The notes beneath the pieces were generated by a model. It was not told the origin of the DNA, made no database searches, and saw only the letters and a list, made by a program, of their open reading frames with translations. A stretch of DNA of 63,412 nucleotides, counting the filler, from Globobulimina sp. (lineage: Eukaryota): assembly GCA_003354225.1 (NCBI GenBank). It is 44 parts of 44 records of this genome, joined end to end, with 100 filler letters (N's around TTAATTAATTAA, not from the genome) between each part and the next. Parts side by side here need not be neighbours in the genome. Positions count along the whole stretch, not along the records: positions 1 to 1,344 come from PIVH01018262.1; positions 1,445 to 2,788 come from PIVH01018263.1; positions 2,889 to 4,232 come from PIVH01018264.1; positions 4,333 to 5,676 come from PIVH01018265.1; positions 5,777 to 7,120 come from PIVH01018266.1; positions 7,221 to 8,564 come from PIVH01018267.1; positions 8,665 to 10,008 come from PIVH01018268.1; 37 more parts are not named here. The stretch is one strand, 5' to 3'. A program made the position numbers and the translations under genes. This document shows positions 1 through 10,108 of the stretch, piece by piece (position 1 is the first letter of the stretch; each line of letters begins with the position of its first letter).

Positions 1-854
1 TCTGTATAATTTAATTAAATGTCTCGTCATCCCACGGTCGCGCCAATATTTCTGAACGTCTTCGATGATACCAATCCCCATATCACGTACCGCTGGAGCC
101 ACTGCATGCGGATTCAATAAATTTATTCGAAATTCATCGATTCGATCTATATTATATATAATTTATATGCGAATTTGCGCATATGTTTAGTTTCAAACTG
201 ATATAAAAAATATAAAACAAACCCATGGTATTTGCTTTTTCTTCTTTTTTTGATTTCTTTTTCTTTTTCGCACTCTTTTTCTTCTTTTTCGCTGTCTTTT
301 TCTTTTTTGACTGTTTCTGGACAGTCTTTGCCTTTTTTAATGGCGGCGGGATATCGGGGTCATTCATAATGTCATAATCTGAGTCTTCTTCTTCTTCCAT
401 CTCTTCCTCGCAGTCATCGAATGAATAAAAATCGTCTGAATCCAAAATAATGTCTTTTTCATCTTCAACACAAGCCGCTGCCTCTCGGATTTCTGCTAAA
501 TTCATCGCATTCGCTCCATGTAATCCACAACGAAATATCTCACAGTCGGAGGCTGCTAATAATTCCATTTCTGCGTCGTTTAAATCGTATTTCTCTTTGA
601 CACATTCCACCAAATACCAAATATCGCAACGACCTATATTTTGTATAGAAAAACGTTGCTAAAATTTGTGTTTATAAATAAAATAAAAAAGTACCTTTAA
701 AATCGGCTGCGCCCGTATCAAATGTACAAGCAATGAATCTGTCATCAATCGAATGCTCCACACTGCAACATCCTTGTTTCCATTCTTCGCCGTCTTCCGT
801 AATTCGCGTAGTGATCCAAGCAGTTCCGGGCTGCTTTCCTTTTCTCTTTGGCAT
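1..854 (-). CDS. Spliced transposon-associated companion gene: PHD-like Cys/His finger, acidic tract and Lys-rich tract; 3'-truncated
   Basis: ATG at 854. GT-AG introns at 694-634 and 222-147 join three exons in frame (..DFKG|RCDIWYLVECV..; ..NTMD|RIDEFRINLL..) and the frame stays open to the contig end. Starts about 90 nt inside the terminal repeat at 942-968. Confidence 0.65.
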
Positions 855-941
855 CTTCTAAAAAGGCGTTTGGGAGCTTTTAAAAAAGTGTAGGACTTAT
901 TGTACTGACGGAATTAAAAAGTGTTGTTCAAGAAGTTTTTG

Positions 942-968
942 AAAAAATCAGTACTTATCGGAAAGCCC
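942..968 (-). mobile_element. Terminal inverted repeat of a Harbinger/ISL2EU-like DNA transposon
   Basis: Reverse complement GGGCTTTCCGATAAGTACTGATTTTTT matches 6014-6040 at 25/27, and is flanked by TA (969-970). Confidence 0.75.
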
Positions 969-1344
969 TATTGGTCTTTTGATGCTGCAAATTGTGCTGT
1001 TACTCAAACAAACACTGACAGCATGAGTCCACTGTATGCAAATGGTGCTGTTGCATGGATGGGTGGCCAAAATGACACATTATTCTGGACGGATTATACC
1101 ATAGAAGCCACCATCAACGCAGCATCTGGAGGTGATAACGTTGTGAGTGCAGGGATTATATTTCGTGTTCAAGCTGATGGCGTTGTGAATAATGGCGGAG
1201 ACGTTGGTGATTTTTATGAAGCAATGTTAATTTATTGGAGTACATATAGAGTACATTTGAGGGAATACACCAAGTCTGGTTATATCATCATAAAACAAAA
1301 TAATGCATTGGGTCCTTGGCCATACAATACAGACTATGTATTGC
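969..1344 (+). CDS. Fragment of a concanavalin-like/DUF1080-like beta-sandwich protein, interrupted by the transposon end
   Basis: WTDYTIEATIN...SAGIIFRVQ...DFYEAML motif; no natural start after the terminal repeat. Confidence 0.45.
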
Positions 1345-1444
1345 NNNNNNNNNNNNNNNNNNNNNNNNNNNNNNNNNNNNNNNNNNNNTTAATTAATTAA
1401 NNNNNNNNNNNNNNNNNNNNNNNNNNNNNNNNNNNNNNNNNNNN
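1345..1444. other. Artificial contig spacer N44-TTAATTAATTAA-N44, repeated about every 1,443 nt (43 copies in the window)
   Basis: Identical 100-nt spacer with stops in all six frames, at near-constant spacing between size-sorted contigs. Confidence 0.99.
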
Positions 1445-1732
1445 CTTAGTATATACTGAAATTTTTGCGCAACTATTGGATTGTAATACCATAAACCTCA
1501 CAGCAGCAACAGAAAAGCAAACAAAAACTATCGCCAAACAAACCAAAATAAAACAATTGGCGCAAATCAGAAACGAGACAAGTTGTACACCTTTAACATC
1601 GTCATAAACTAATATAACTTGCACAGGGAAACCCCAACAAACACGTACAGCAGTGGTTGACGCGCGATATTTGCAAAATTGCAAAAAACTACGGAATCGT
1701 CCAAAATTGTTTGATAATCGTATTTTCCGATC

Positions 1733-2356
1733 ATGGCAGCTCCAAACAAATCGAAACCAAAGAGTTTATTAGATAGCATTAAAAAAGGAAATCATAAAAA
1801 CAATCTTAAAGAAGTTCCAGAGGATGAAATTCATTTTGTCGCTCCATTTTGTCAGCCAGCTGATATTATTGAATATGAGAAAGTAAGCAATAAATATGGC
1901 GATCTGTTGATAGGAGCAAAGAGTTCAACACATAAAGCAAATCATGATTTCCTGGACAGCTGCAAAGTAAAATGTATTATATCTTTATCAAGAACTCCCA
2001 TTGAAGAAGAATTTAAATTATCGGATGCCATTGATTATCATTATTACGATGCTAAGGACGACAAAGGATTCGAAATAATAAAATTATTCAAACCAATTCA
2101 TAAAATTATGGACGAGAACATCTTAAATGGCAAAAACGTACTGGTTCATTGTGATATGGGTGTATCCCGTAGTGGTGCCATAGCGGTGTCATATTTAATG
2201 AAAACATTAAATATATCTTGCAAAGAAGCATTGGCATTGGCAAAGAAATCACGCAAAGCAATAAGACCCAATGACGGCTTTTTAAAACAACTGCAACAAT
2301 TTGAAACTAAATGTTTGAGAAACGACACTGATGAAAGCAAACAAGATTCACTATAA
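1733..2356 (+). CDS. Dual-specificity protein phosphatase with N-terminal WH2-like motif
   Basis: Catalytic VHCDMGVSRS (HCX5R), SYLM and IRPNDGFLKQL motifs; N-terminal SLLDSIKKG..NLKEV. Confidence 0.93.
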   Translation: MAAPNKSKPKSLLDSIKKGNHKNNLKEVPEDEIHFVAPFCQPADIIEYEKVSNKYGDLLIGAKSSTHKANHDFLDSCKVKCIISLSRTPIEEEFKLSDAIDYHYYDAKDDKGFEIIKLFKPIHKIMDENILNGKNVLVHCDMGVSRSGAIAVSYLMKTLNISCKEALALAKKSRKAIRPNDGFLKQLQQFETKCLRNDTDESKQDSL

Positions 2357-2364
2357 ATAATAAT

Positions 2365-2788
2365 TTATCCTTTGACACCCAACGGTCGCTTAAACGGTGA
2401 AGTTTCATTTCCTAAGCAATAAAACCATGGCAACTCAACAATCAAATTCCGCGGCAAATTATATGTCATATATCTCTCGCGATGCCATTTTTTAATCATA
2501 TCATTCCGTTCTTTGTTATATAGCCATTCGACAATGTCTTGTTCACATCGAAGAGTGCGTAGATCCGAGGATTGGATTTGTACAGAGAATGATTGACATA
2601 TTTTGGCCAATAACTGTTTTTCAGAAAATGCAAGAAAGTTCGAAATAATAAAAGTATAAAATACCTTTGATTTATCGCTTGGATTTGCAAATCTTATTTG
2701 ATATTGAAAGCCATTTATAATTTCATGAACATTCTTTTCGATTTCTTGATATAATGATTGCAAATTTAAAGATTGTTCAACCGATTCC
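2365..2788 (-). CDS. Probable mitochondrial ribosomal protein mL50-like, C-terminal part
   Basis: KQLLAKICQSFSVQIQSSDLRTL...DIVEWL...NLPRNL resembles the mL50 domain. Confidence 0.45.
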
Positions 2789-2888
2789 NNNNNNNNNNNN
2801 NNNNNNNNNNNNNNNNNNNNNNNNNNNNNNNNTTAATTAATTAANNNNNNNNNNNNNNNNNNNNNNNNNNNNNNNNNNNNNNNNNNNN

Positions 2889-3265
2889 AATTCCATTGTA
2901 ATTTGTTTGTCGTTATAGGTGACAATGGACGACAATGTCCGACCGCCGATATAGTTTTGTTTCTCGATTAATAATATCTTTTTATTTGGATATGTTTCAC
3001 GCAAAAAATTCATCTCAATTATTCCGGTTGCTCCTCCACCAACAATTAAAATATCAATGTCAAGATTTTGTGATTTGTCATTTGTTGCATTTGAATCTGA
3101 TAATGATTCAATAATTCGATCTATATTGGACAACAAGACCGAAAAAACCAAGACAAGGAAACAAATCAATAATAAGTGCGTGGTCGTCCATTGTTTGGAA
3201 CTACTTTTATTTGATTTAATCAATGCTTCATCCTCGTTGGAACAAACAGCGAAAGCAGTCGACAT
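2889..3265 (-). CDS. Membrane-anchored FAD-dependent oxidoreductase (amine oxidase family), N-terminal fragment
   Basis: TM helix, then DILIVGGGATG and LLIEKQNYIGGRT (Rossmann plus GG motif). Confidence 0.8.
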
Positions 3266-3689
3266 TGTTTATTTTGCACTCTACTAAATAATAATTTGAT
3301 GAAAAACAATTTAAATAAATCTTTTTGTCCAATTTGCAGCCGATATGACGAATAAAGCCTATATCTGTCAAAATACGATGCAACTCAATTGGCGCGTTAC
3401 CGCAAACGAAATCGAACAGGCCAGAATTGAGCGCACAGAACAATGTCCCATTTTACATTACAATTCGAAACAAAAGTCATTGTGGATACTATATGCCATT
3501 GAAAAGAAAAGCAATGGACAAATATTCGAGAGACAGAATAGCACATAAAAGCAACACACGCGTCGATTTGACGGATTTGTCCATTGCTGACTGGGTTCAA
3601 ACATCACATTTAGTGCACTCATTGACCAACAACGAGAAATTAAATATAAAAGCAATATAATAGCAGCTGCGGTTAAAACATTTTTTGCG

Positions 3690-3861
3690 ATTGAGTTCAC
3701 TTTCGAATCTCATCCCTGCAGTACACGCACAAACTACTTTGCATATAATGCTATTCAAATCATCATAACTCGGAGTTGGAACATATAATTTCCCATTGCA
3801 TATATCATATACTTTTCTGTTGTCGAACACAAACGACAGCTCCGTGTGATCCAGAAGCCAA
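3690..3861 (-). pseudogene. Divergent alpha-tubulin fragment
   Basis: WLLDHTELSFVFDNRKVYDICNGKL..PSYDDLNSIICKVVCACTAGMRFESELN aligns to alpha-tubulin LEHTD..LDNEAIYDIC..PTYTNLN..TASLRFDGALN. Confidence 0.75.
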
Positions 3862-4103
3862 ATTTGCAATAATAATAGGATTCTGATGTGAATTGATTGG
3901 GCATTTTCCATCATTTTCCTGTATCATTTGATTTAAACATTGATTGCAATCTTCATCATTATGATTGCAGCCTAATTCTACCGCATCAAACAAACTGAAC
4001 CACAATCATCACACAAATATGCTTGTGTTGTTATATCATCTTCAAATAATTCACTATTCCATCCGTTATTATTCACCTTTATCAATGAAAGTACTGCATC
4101 CAT
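3855..4103 (-). pseudogene. TRAF-type RING-like N-terminus, frameshifted
   Basis: MDAVLSL...YLCDDCGSVC / DAVELGCNH..CNQCL...KCPINSH, with a frameshift near 3990. Confidence 0.6.
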
Positions 4104-4702
4104 GTGACTAGGATCACCACTTAAAAACAGCAAAAAATAGTATTTTTTGTCTTTTTTTCAGTATTTTTGATGAAAACGCATTCTTAGTTTATTGGTTTTC
4201 GGCCGTGGTCGAGGAGAAATTTCACTTGTGAGNNNNNNNNNNNNNNNNNNNNNNNNNNNNNNNNNNNNNNNNNNNNTTAATTAATTAANNNNNNNNNNNN
4301 NNNNNNNNNNNNNNNNNNNNNNNNNNNNNNNNTCTCATATAAAAACCATACGTTTCTGTTTTGGTGGTGCAGTGTTGGTACCATTTCACGGGAAGATATG
4401 GAGGATGCGGTGTATTTTAAAATTTATATTGCAATAAATGAGGCATATGACCATAATGATAACTTGATTGATTTACAACAATGGGAGAATGTCGGAATTA
4501 TTCAATGATCGAAATCTCCTTTCATTGGTTTGTTTTGACGTGTGTTTGTTTGGTATTTTTAGCGTGTTAATTTGTGCTTGTTCGTCGAATCGCAGTTCAA
4601 CTTTCGAACATATGTTTCCTCACAAGTGTTAGCTTGTTTTCTGATTCCAAAACTTTTTTTGAAGTTATCTCGTCATCATATTTTTTTATATATTGGATCA
4701 AT

Positions 4703-5635
4703 ATGCAAGCTACAAAACAATTAAGCTTCTTAATGCGATCAGCGCGCAGCCGTTGGAAGCAAAATAGAATGTTTTCATACAACTCTGCATTCACAACAGA
4801 ATATTCACCAGATCTGACCGCAAAATATGCTCTGTTAAAAAAGAATATGCATTATTTTTATGATGGACTACAATCGACAGTATTATCTCAATTCGAAATG
4901 TATAACGAAACTGTGGATACTTCAACGATCAAAGTAATTGATATTGCGTGTGGCGATGGTAATTATTCTCGGATATTATCGGATAAGTTTAATTATGATG
5001 AGATTGTTGGTGTTGATATTTCTGAATCGCAAATTGAATCCGCACAAAATAATACTAATATTGAGACATATTCAAATGTAACATATGAATGTTTAGATGC
5101 GTCGTCGTTGTATGACATAAACAATAAATCATTGCAAAATAAATTTGATATTGGTTTAGCAGTTTGGTTTTATAATTATGCAGAAAATAAAGAGACGCTG
5201 TCTCAGTTTATAGAATCTACATTTAATGTTTTGAAAACAAATGGTATTCTCATTGGTGTAACACATTCAATCAATGATATGAATGATGTTAATCTTGGAA
5301 TTTATCAGAATGAGCCGCAATTTGGTTGTCAAACAGTATTTGATGTTTCTGAGGGCATTAAAGAAGGACCATTTGTATGGATATCAGGACAGGAACCAAA
5401 TACATTCAGTTTTAATGGCTATGCGTACAATTTTAATACATATGATACATTATTTAAAGAGTGTGGGTTTAGAAAATTGGAATTTCTGTCTGATAATGAA
5501 TATAAAAGCGGTGAAAATTCAAGTTCAAATCAACAAAAATTATTCCAACAGTTTATAAATTTTATTTCTTACTTTATTTCTGTAATTATATACAGTATAC
5601 ATATACAATATATAATATTATTAATATCTATATAA
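4703..5635 (+). CDS. Class I SAM-dependent methyltransferase (ToxA-like) with probable mitochondrial presequence; C-terminus uncertain
   Basis: VIDIACGDGNYS, VGVDISESQI, FDIGLAVWFYNYA, LKTNG motifs; Arg-rich N-terminus. Confidence 0.85.
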   Translation: MQATKQLSFLMRSARSRWKQNRMFSYNSAFTTEYSPDLTAKYALLKKNMHYFYDGLQSTVLSQFEMYNETVDTSTIKVIDIACGDGNYSRILSDKFNYDEIVGVDISESQIESAQNNTNIETYSNVTYECLDASSLYDINNKSLQNKFDIGLAVWFYNYAENKETLSQFIESTFNVLKTNGILIGVTHSINDMNDVNLGIYQNEPQFGCQTVFDVSEGIKEGPFVWISGQEPNTFSFNGYAYNFNTYDTLFKECGFRKLEFLSDNEYKSGENSSSNQQKLFQQFINFISYFISVIIYSIHIQYIILLISI

Positions 5636-6013
5636 GAAAGAAAATGATGTCTTCTCTGTTCAGTAAACAATGTGATNNNNNNNNNNNNNNNNNNNNNNNN
5701 NNNNNNNNNNNNNNNNNNNNTTAATTAATTAANNNNNNNNNNNNNNNNNNNNNNNNNNNNNNNNNNNNNNNNNNNNATAAATAACATTGTTTGCAGGTAT
5801 GTTGATTGGTTCTAGTAGGAATCCATATTTTGCAGCTCCAATATGATAAGAATACATCCGTATGTAATGCTACATCGTTTACAACAGAAAAAGAATGTCA
5901 ACAAGAAGCAGTTGGGAAAATGGTATTTTCATGGTCTGTTATACAATTAAGTTTGAGTGGATTGATGTGTTGTTGTATCTGTTGTTTTTTTTGTATTCAG
6001 TTGCGAAACATTA

Positions 6014-6040
6014 GGGCTCTCCAATAAGTACTGATTTTTT
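6014..6040 (+). mobile_element. Terminal inverted repeat of a Harbinger/ISL2EU-like DNA transposon (transposase end)
   Basis: TTA|GGGCTCTCCAATAAGTACTGATTTTTT, 65 nt upstream of the transposase ATG. It truncates a host membrane-protein ORF (5777-6013). Confidence 0.8.
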
Positions 6041-6104
6041 TTGCTGTTCAAAAAGTTTTTTTTTTTTAATACCGAACTTATTGAACACCTTTCTAAAAGT
6101 CGCT

Positions 6105-7120
6105 ATGGCAGTCACCGAACGTAATATATTGATGCTATTATTATTAGTAACATTATATTTAACGGAGCCACGATTATTCGCCGCTGAATATAAGAAACGC
6201 AAGCCGCTAATATCAACAACAACATTAGCATTAAATAACGACACGCAATTCATTGGATTATTCGGTTTTAGATATGATATCATTCGGGTCAAATTTTTGG
6301 ATGTTATTGCGCCAATATTACGTTATACGCGCGAAAGTATTAATGAATGGATATTAGGCGGAAGATTACGGCTGTCAGAGAATGGAAGACCGTATAGATT
6401 ACCACCTCATGATCGATGTTTGATGGCATTTATGGTTTTGCGGCATTTTAATGTGAAAATGATGGAAATTACATGGGGTTTATGTAAATCATTGATTTAC
6501 ATGGACTCTTATTTAATATTATCAATTTTTTTAAAGTTGCGCGGTATGGAATTATCATTACCTTTGGTGGGCTCTGCAGCATATAACGCATTGGTTGGAT
6601 GTGGCGTATTTGCAGACAAATTTGATGGTGCTGTATGGATGATGGATGGGCATAATGTATGATTTTATTTCAGTTTGAAACTGTTTTATATACACAAATC
6701 TACACAGATTATTATTCAAAAACCTCCACGACAGCAACGCGAATATTATAATGGACGAAAAAAGAAACATACTGTAAATTATTTGACAGTTCATTCGGGA
6801 TTTGGGAGATTATATCATTGCCATGGCGGCGAAGCCGGACGTATTAACGACATCGAATTATTGCGGCGGAGTGATTTTGGAATAAATATCAATTTATATG
6901 TGGCTATAAACGCAGGTCACTGGGTTATGTGTGATGGAATATGGAGATTTGAAGGTGGATAATATGGAATTTGCAGTTTGAAACTGAATTATTTTGAGTT
7001 TCAAACTGATTTTGAAACAAAGTCACATATAAAATTCAGTTTGAAACTATAGTAATATTGAAATTCAACTCAGTTTCAAACTGAATTTATTTGGATTACT
7101 AAAGGGATACCGTATATTAC
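6105..7120 (+). mobile_element. PIF/Harbinger-ISL2EU-type DDE transposase (DDE_Tnp_4-like), two introns, 3'-truncated
   Basis: HTH-like LPPHDRCLMAFMVLR..WGLCKS; MDGHN|IIIQKP..YYNGRKKKHTVN..GRINDI..VMCDGIW..PYIT. GT-AG introns at 6657-6707 and 6955-7104. Confidence 0.85.
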
Positions 7121-7235
7121 NNNNNNNNNNNNNNNNNNNNNNNNNNNNNNNNNNNNNNNNNNNNTTAATTAATTAANNNNNNNNNNNNNNNNNNNNNNNN
7201 NNNNNNNNNNNNNNNNNNNNCCAAATAAATTAAAA

Positions 7236-7760
7236 ATGAAACGTTGGGATCAATATTTCCAGTATAAAATGGCAAAGATTTATCAACATAGAAAAGTAGA
7301 TGATGAATACAAATATTTTTCAGATTCAGATATTAATGACAGTGTTATTGTAAACTGTAGAAACGACATTGAAGATATAAATAATTTGTATTCGCATGTA
7401 TTTAGAGATAAAATAGGTAATAATGGATTGCCTGAAAATTTTGAATGGAAATTTAAATGTCCAGTAATATCCGCCAAGTTGCGATATGTTAATGAGAGCA
7501 CAAAATATTGTGATGTTTGTAAAAAAAATGTTTACGAAGTGCATACAACAAAGGAATTGGAAAAAATGGTTGAGAATAATGAATGTGTGTCGATGGTAAT
7601 TTACTATGGAATATATTATATGCGGGACGTATTGGGAGAAGCAACAAACTATTTTTACAACAGAGATGAAACAAAGGAGGATATACATAATGATTTACGA
7701 AATGATTCAGATTATGAGGCCATATTAATAAAAGATACACCTCCTCAATGGATGAGATAA
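7236..7760 (+). CDS. Hypothetical protein with Cys motif FKCP..YCDVCKKNVY..ECV
   Basis: Open ORF with a putative Zn-binding CP-x-CxxC-x-CV pattern. Confidence 0.55.
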   Translation: MKRWDQYFQYKMAKIYQHRKVDDEYKYFSDSDINDSVIVNCRNDIEDINNLYSHVFRDKIGNNGLPENFEWKFKCPVISAKLRYVNESTKYCDVCKKNVYEVHTTKELEKMVENNECVSMVIYYGIYYMRDVLGEATNYFYNRDETKEDIHNDLRNDSDYEAILIKDTPPQWMR

Positions 7761-7945
7761 ATACATTTGTATAATTAATTGTATTTCCATATAATGATAA
7801 ACCATAAATGATCTCTATTGATACCATTGTTTTGTTGTATACACAGTGGTGTTGAATCTTAAACGTTTTCACAATTTCACATTTAAAAAGTCAGAGTTTG
7901 CTTAAAATCACATCTTTTCCTTAGAAATCCTTTACACTCCGAAAC

Positions 7946-8564
7946 ATGGATTTATTGCGAACTCAAGTTATAAACGAGCATTATCAATTGATACAACAAT
8001 TAGAAAATAAATATATGGAGCAAATCAGCAAACTGCTGAAACAAAAGGCTATGGTTCATTTAGCGTTACAACAAACGCTTTATACCAAATTATTAGATCT
8101 CTGTGCTAGTTTCGACAGTATGTCCTTTCAACAACAGAGCGATCAATCTATAAATGTTATAAATTTCGACCAAATTAACCCAAACAAAAGCGATACAAAC
8201 ATTTATCAGGATATTATAGTACCAAATGCCGAGCCAAAGTTATTATTTCAACAATTCAATCAAACAAATATTAATTTGAGAAATCAAAATGCAGAAAATA
8301 TTCAAAATAATAACAGTTCGCATAATAATATAAATACTATAAATACTATAAAAGTGCAAAAAACAACAAGCAGCAAACAATTAAAATGTAATATTTGTAA
8401 TATGTCATTTAAAAAACTCAAAAATTACACATTTCATCAAACCGTTCATTCGTTGCAGTTTGCGATAAGTGAAGAGTTCCCGGAGAATTATATGGATTTT
8501 GATAAAAATAAGGAGACCAACAACCTGCGTAATATTAAAAGTAAAACAAAGAGTGCGAGCACAC
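7946..8564 (+). CDS. C2H2 zinc-finger protein, 3'-truncated
   Basis: KCNICNMSFKKLKNYTFHQTVH; N-terminal coiled coil. Confidence 0.75.
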
Positions 8565-8686
8565 NNNNNNNNNNNNNNNNNNNNNNNNNNNNNNNNNNNN
8601 NNNNNNNNTTAATTAATTAANNNNNNNNNNNNNNNNNNNNNNNNNNNNNNNNNNNNNNNNNNNNATAATTAATGTCCATATCCATC

Positions 8687-8768
8687 CCATCACCGTAGGA
8701 TTCGAACCTACATCCATTTGGTTTGCTTTCCATTCAAACCAATGCTCTACCAATTGAGCTAGGTGCCA
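8687..8768 (-). tRNA. tRNA-like element or pseudo-tRNA with an abnormal anticodon arm
   Basis: Intact D arm (GCTC AATTGGTA GAGC) and T arm (GTAGG TTCGAAT CCTAC). Acceptor stem only partly paired. Anticodon arm TTGGTTTG-AATGGAAAG-CAAACCAA. Confidence 0.7.
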
Positions 8769-10108
8769 GTGCTTATCTAATAAAGAAAGAAAATAAAAGA
8801 AAAGCATTTTATAATTGACTTTTTGCTTTCAGTGAAATGGTCGATGGTTAGAACGATTTTACAGTTTTACAGTTTTCGCAGACTGACTTGCTTTTAACAG
8901 TTTAATTTAACAGAACCGGTACACAAATCAAGACACTAAACACACACACAAAAACCTACAAAATCAGCAACAAATCAGCAAATACTCACTAATCGTTCGG
9001 TTCGGAGCTAAATATTTTGGTTCATGTTTAGGCTTCGCCTCAGCCTCTAATTCCAGCGCTCTTTACATAATTTATCGTCTGATTCTTCCCATCTAACTCT
9101 GTATGAGAACTCCAGCAAACCCCCAAAGACGCGGACAAGGAGACGCTGTTCGAGATGAAGAAGCATAATATGTGTAAAGGGTTTCATAAAAAAAATGAGA
9201 TCCCTCTTTTCCATTATTTCAACTATATTTAGTTTCTTTGGTCCATTCAAGGACGACTTGTTCAAATAATTTTGGTCCTGGACCTTCTCCTTCGTGTTAA
9301 ACCAATGAATATATCGGATTCCAAAGGGAAATCAGTTTATTTCAGCAACGCATAATATTGGGATACTTTTGACCATAAAATAAGAATGTCCAGATACCAT
9401 TGCATCCCTTTACATTAACTTTGGTGTCACGACTTTTGAAAGGCTGACTGTGACATGATTTGTTACTTGAATTTAGCTTTTTTGAGTTTTCTGCTTGAAA
9501 AAAACAAACATTTACACATTCTGTCATCAATCATGACCATGTGTACAAGGTATGTCGTGTATTTGTAATTTAATACCATTCAATAAACATGAGGGAAATA
9601 CCAGTTATTGGAAATACCAGTTGTTGGTAATGGATGAATTTTGGAATGTATTGCTTGGATTGATTTTGTATTTTTTATATAGATAAACTGAAGCAGGTGG
9701 ACGAAACTAATGAAACTGGTCATGGTATTGTGAAAGCGATGGAACTTTATGGTATTATTAAGTGTGAGAAGAGAGATATTTTATGGTTATACACAGGAAA
9801 AAGTGGTTATAAAATAGGAAAAAAGAGCTGAGAAACAATTAGTAATTTTCTTGCATGCAAGGCACTGATCTATTTTTTACTTTGAGTTGTATAGATGCAC
9901 TCACCAACTTTGAGTTGTATATATTATAAATCCTAACTGCTATTTATAGTATATTTTTTGCACTTAATCCACACATATTTTTTGTATTTCTGCATGTAAA
10001 CTGCAATTNNNNNNNNNNNNNNNNNNNNNNNNNNNNNNNNNNNNNNNNNNNNTTAATTAATTAANNNNNNNNNNNNNNNNNNNNNNNNNNNNNNNNNNNN
10101 NNNNNNNN

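Noticed and set aside
921-968. N-terminus MLFKKFLKKSVLIGKP of ORF 921-1400
   Set aside because: It is a read-through of the transposon terminal repeat, not a real start.
1345-1444. Regularly spaced TTAATTAATTAA palindrome as a biological repeat
   Set aside because: Artificial spacer embedded in N runs; ORFs ending in X..LIN are artefacts of it.
9047-9530. Degenerate CAP-Gly-like coding remnant
   Set aside because: Similarity too weak and the frames are broken.
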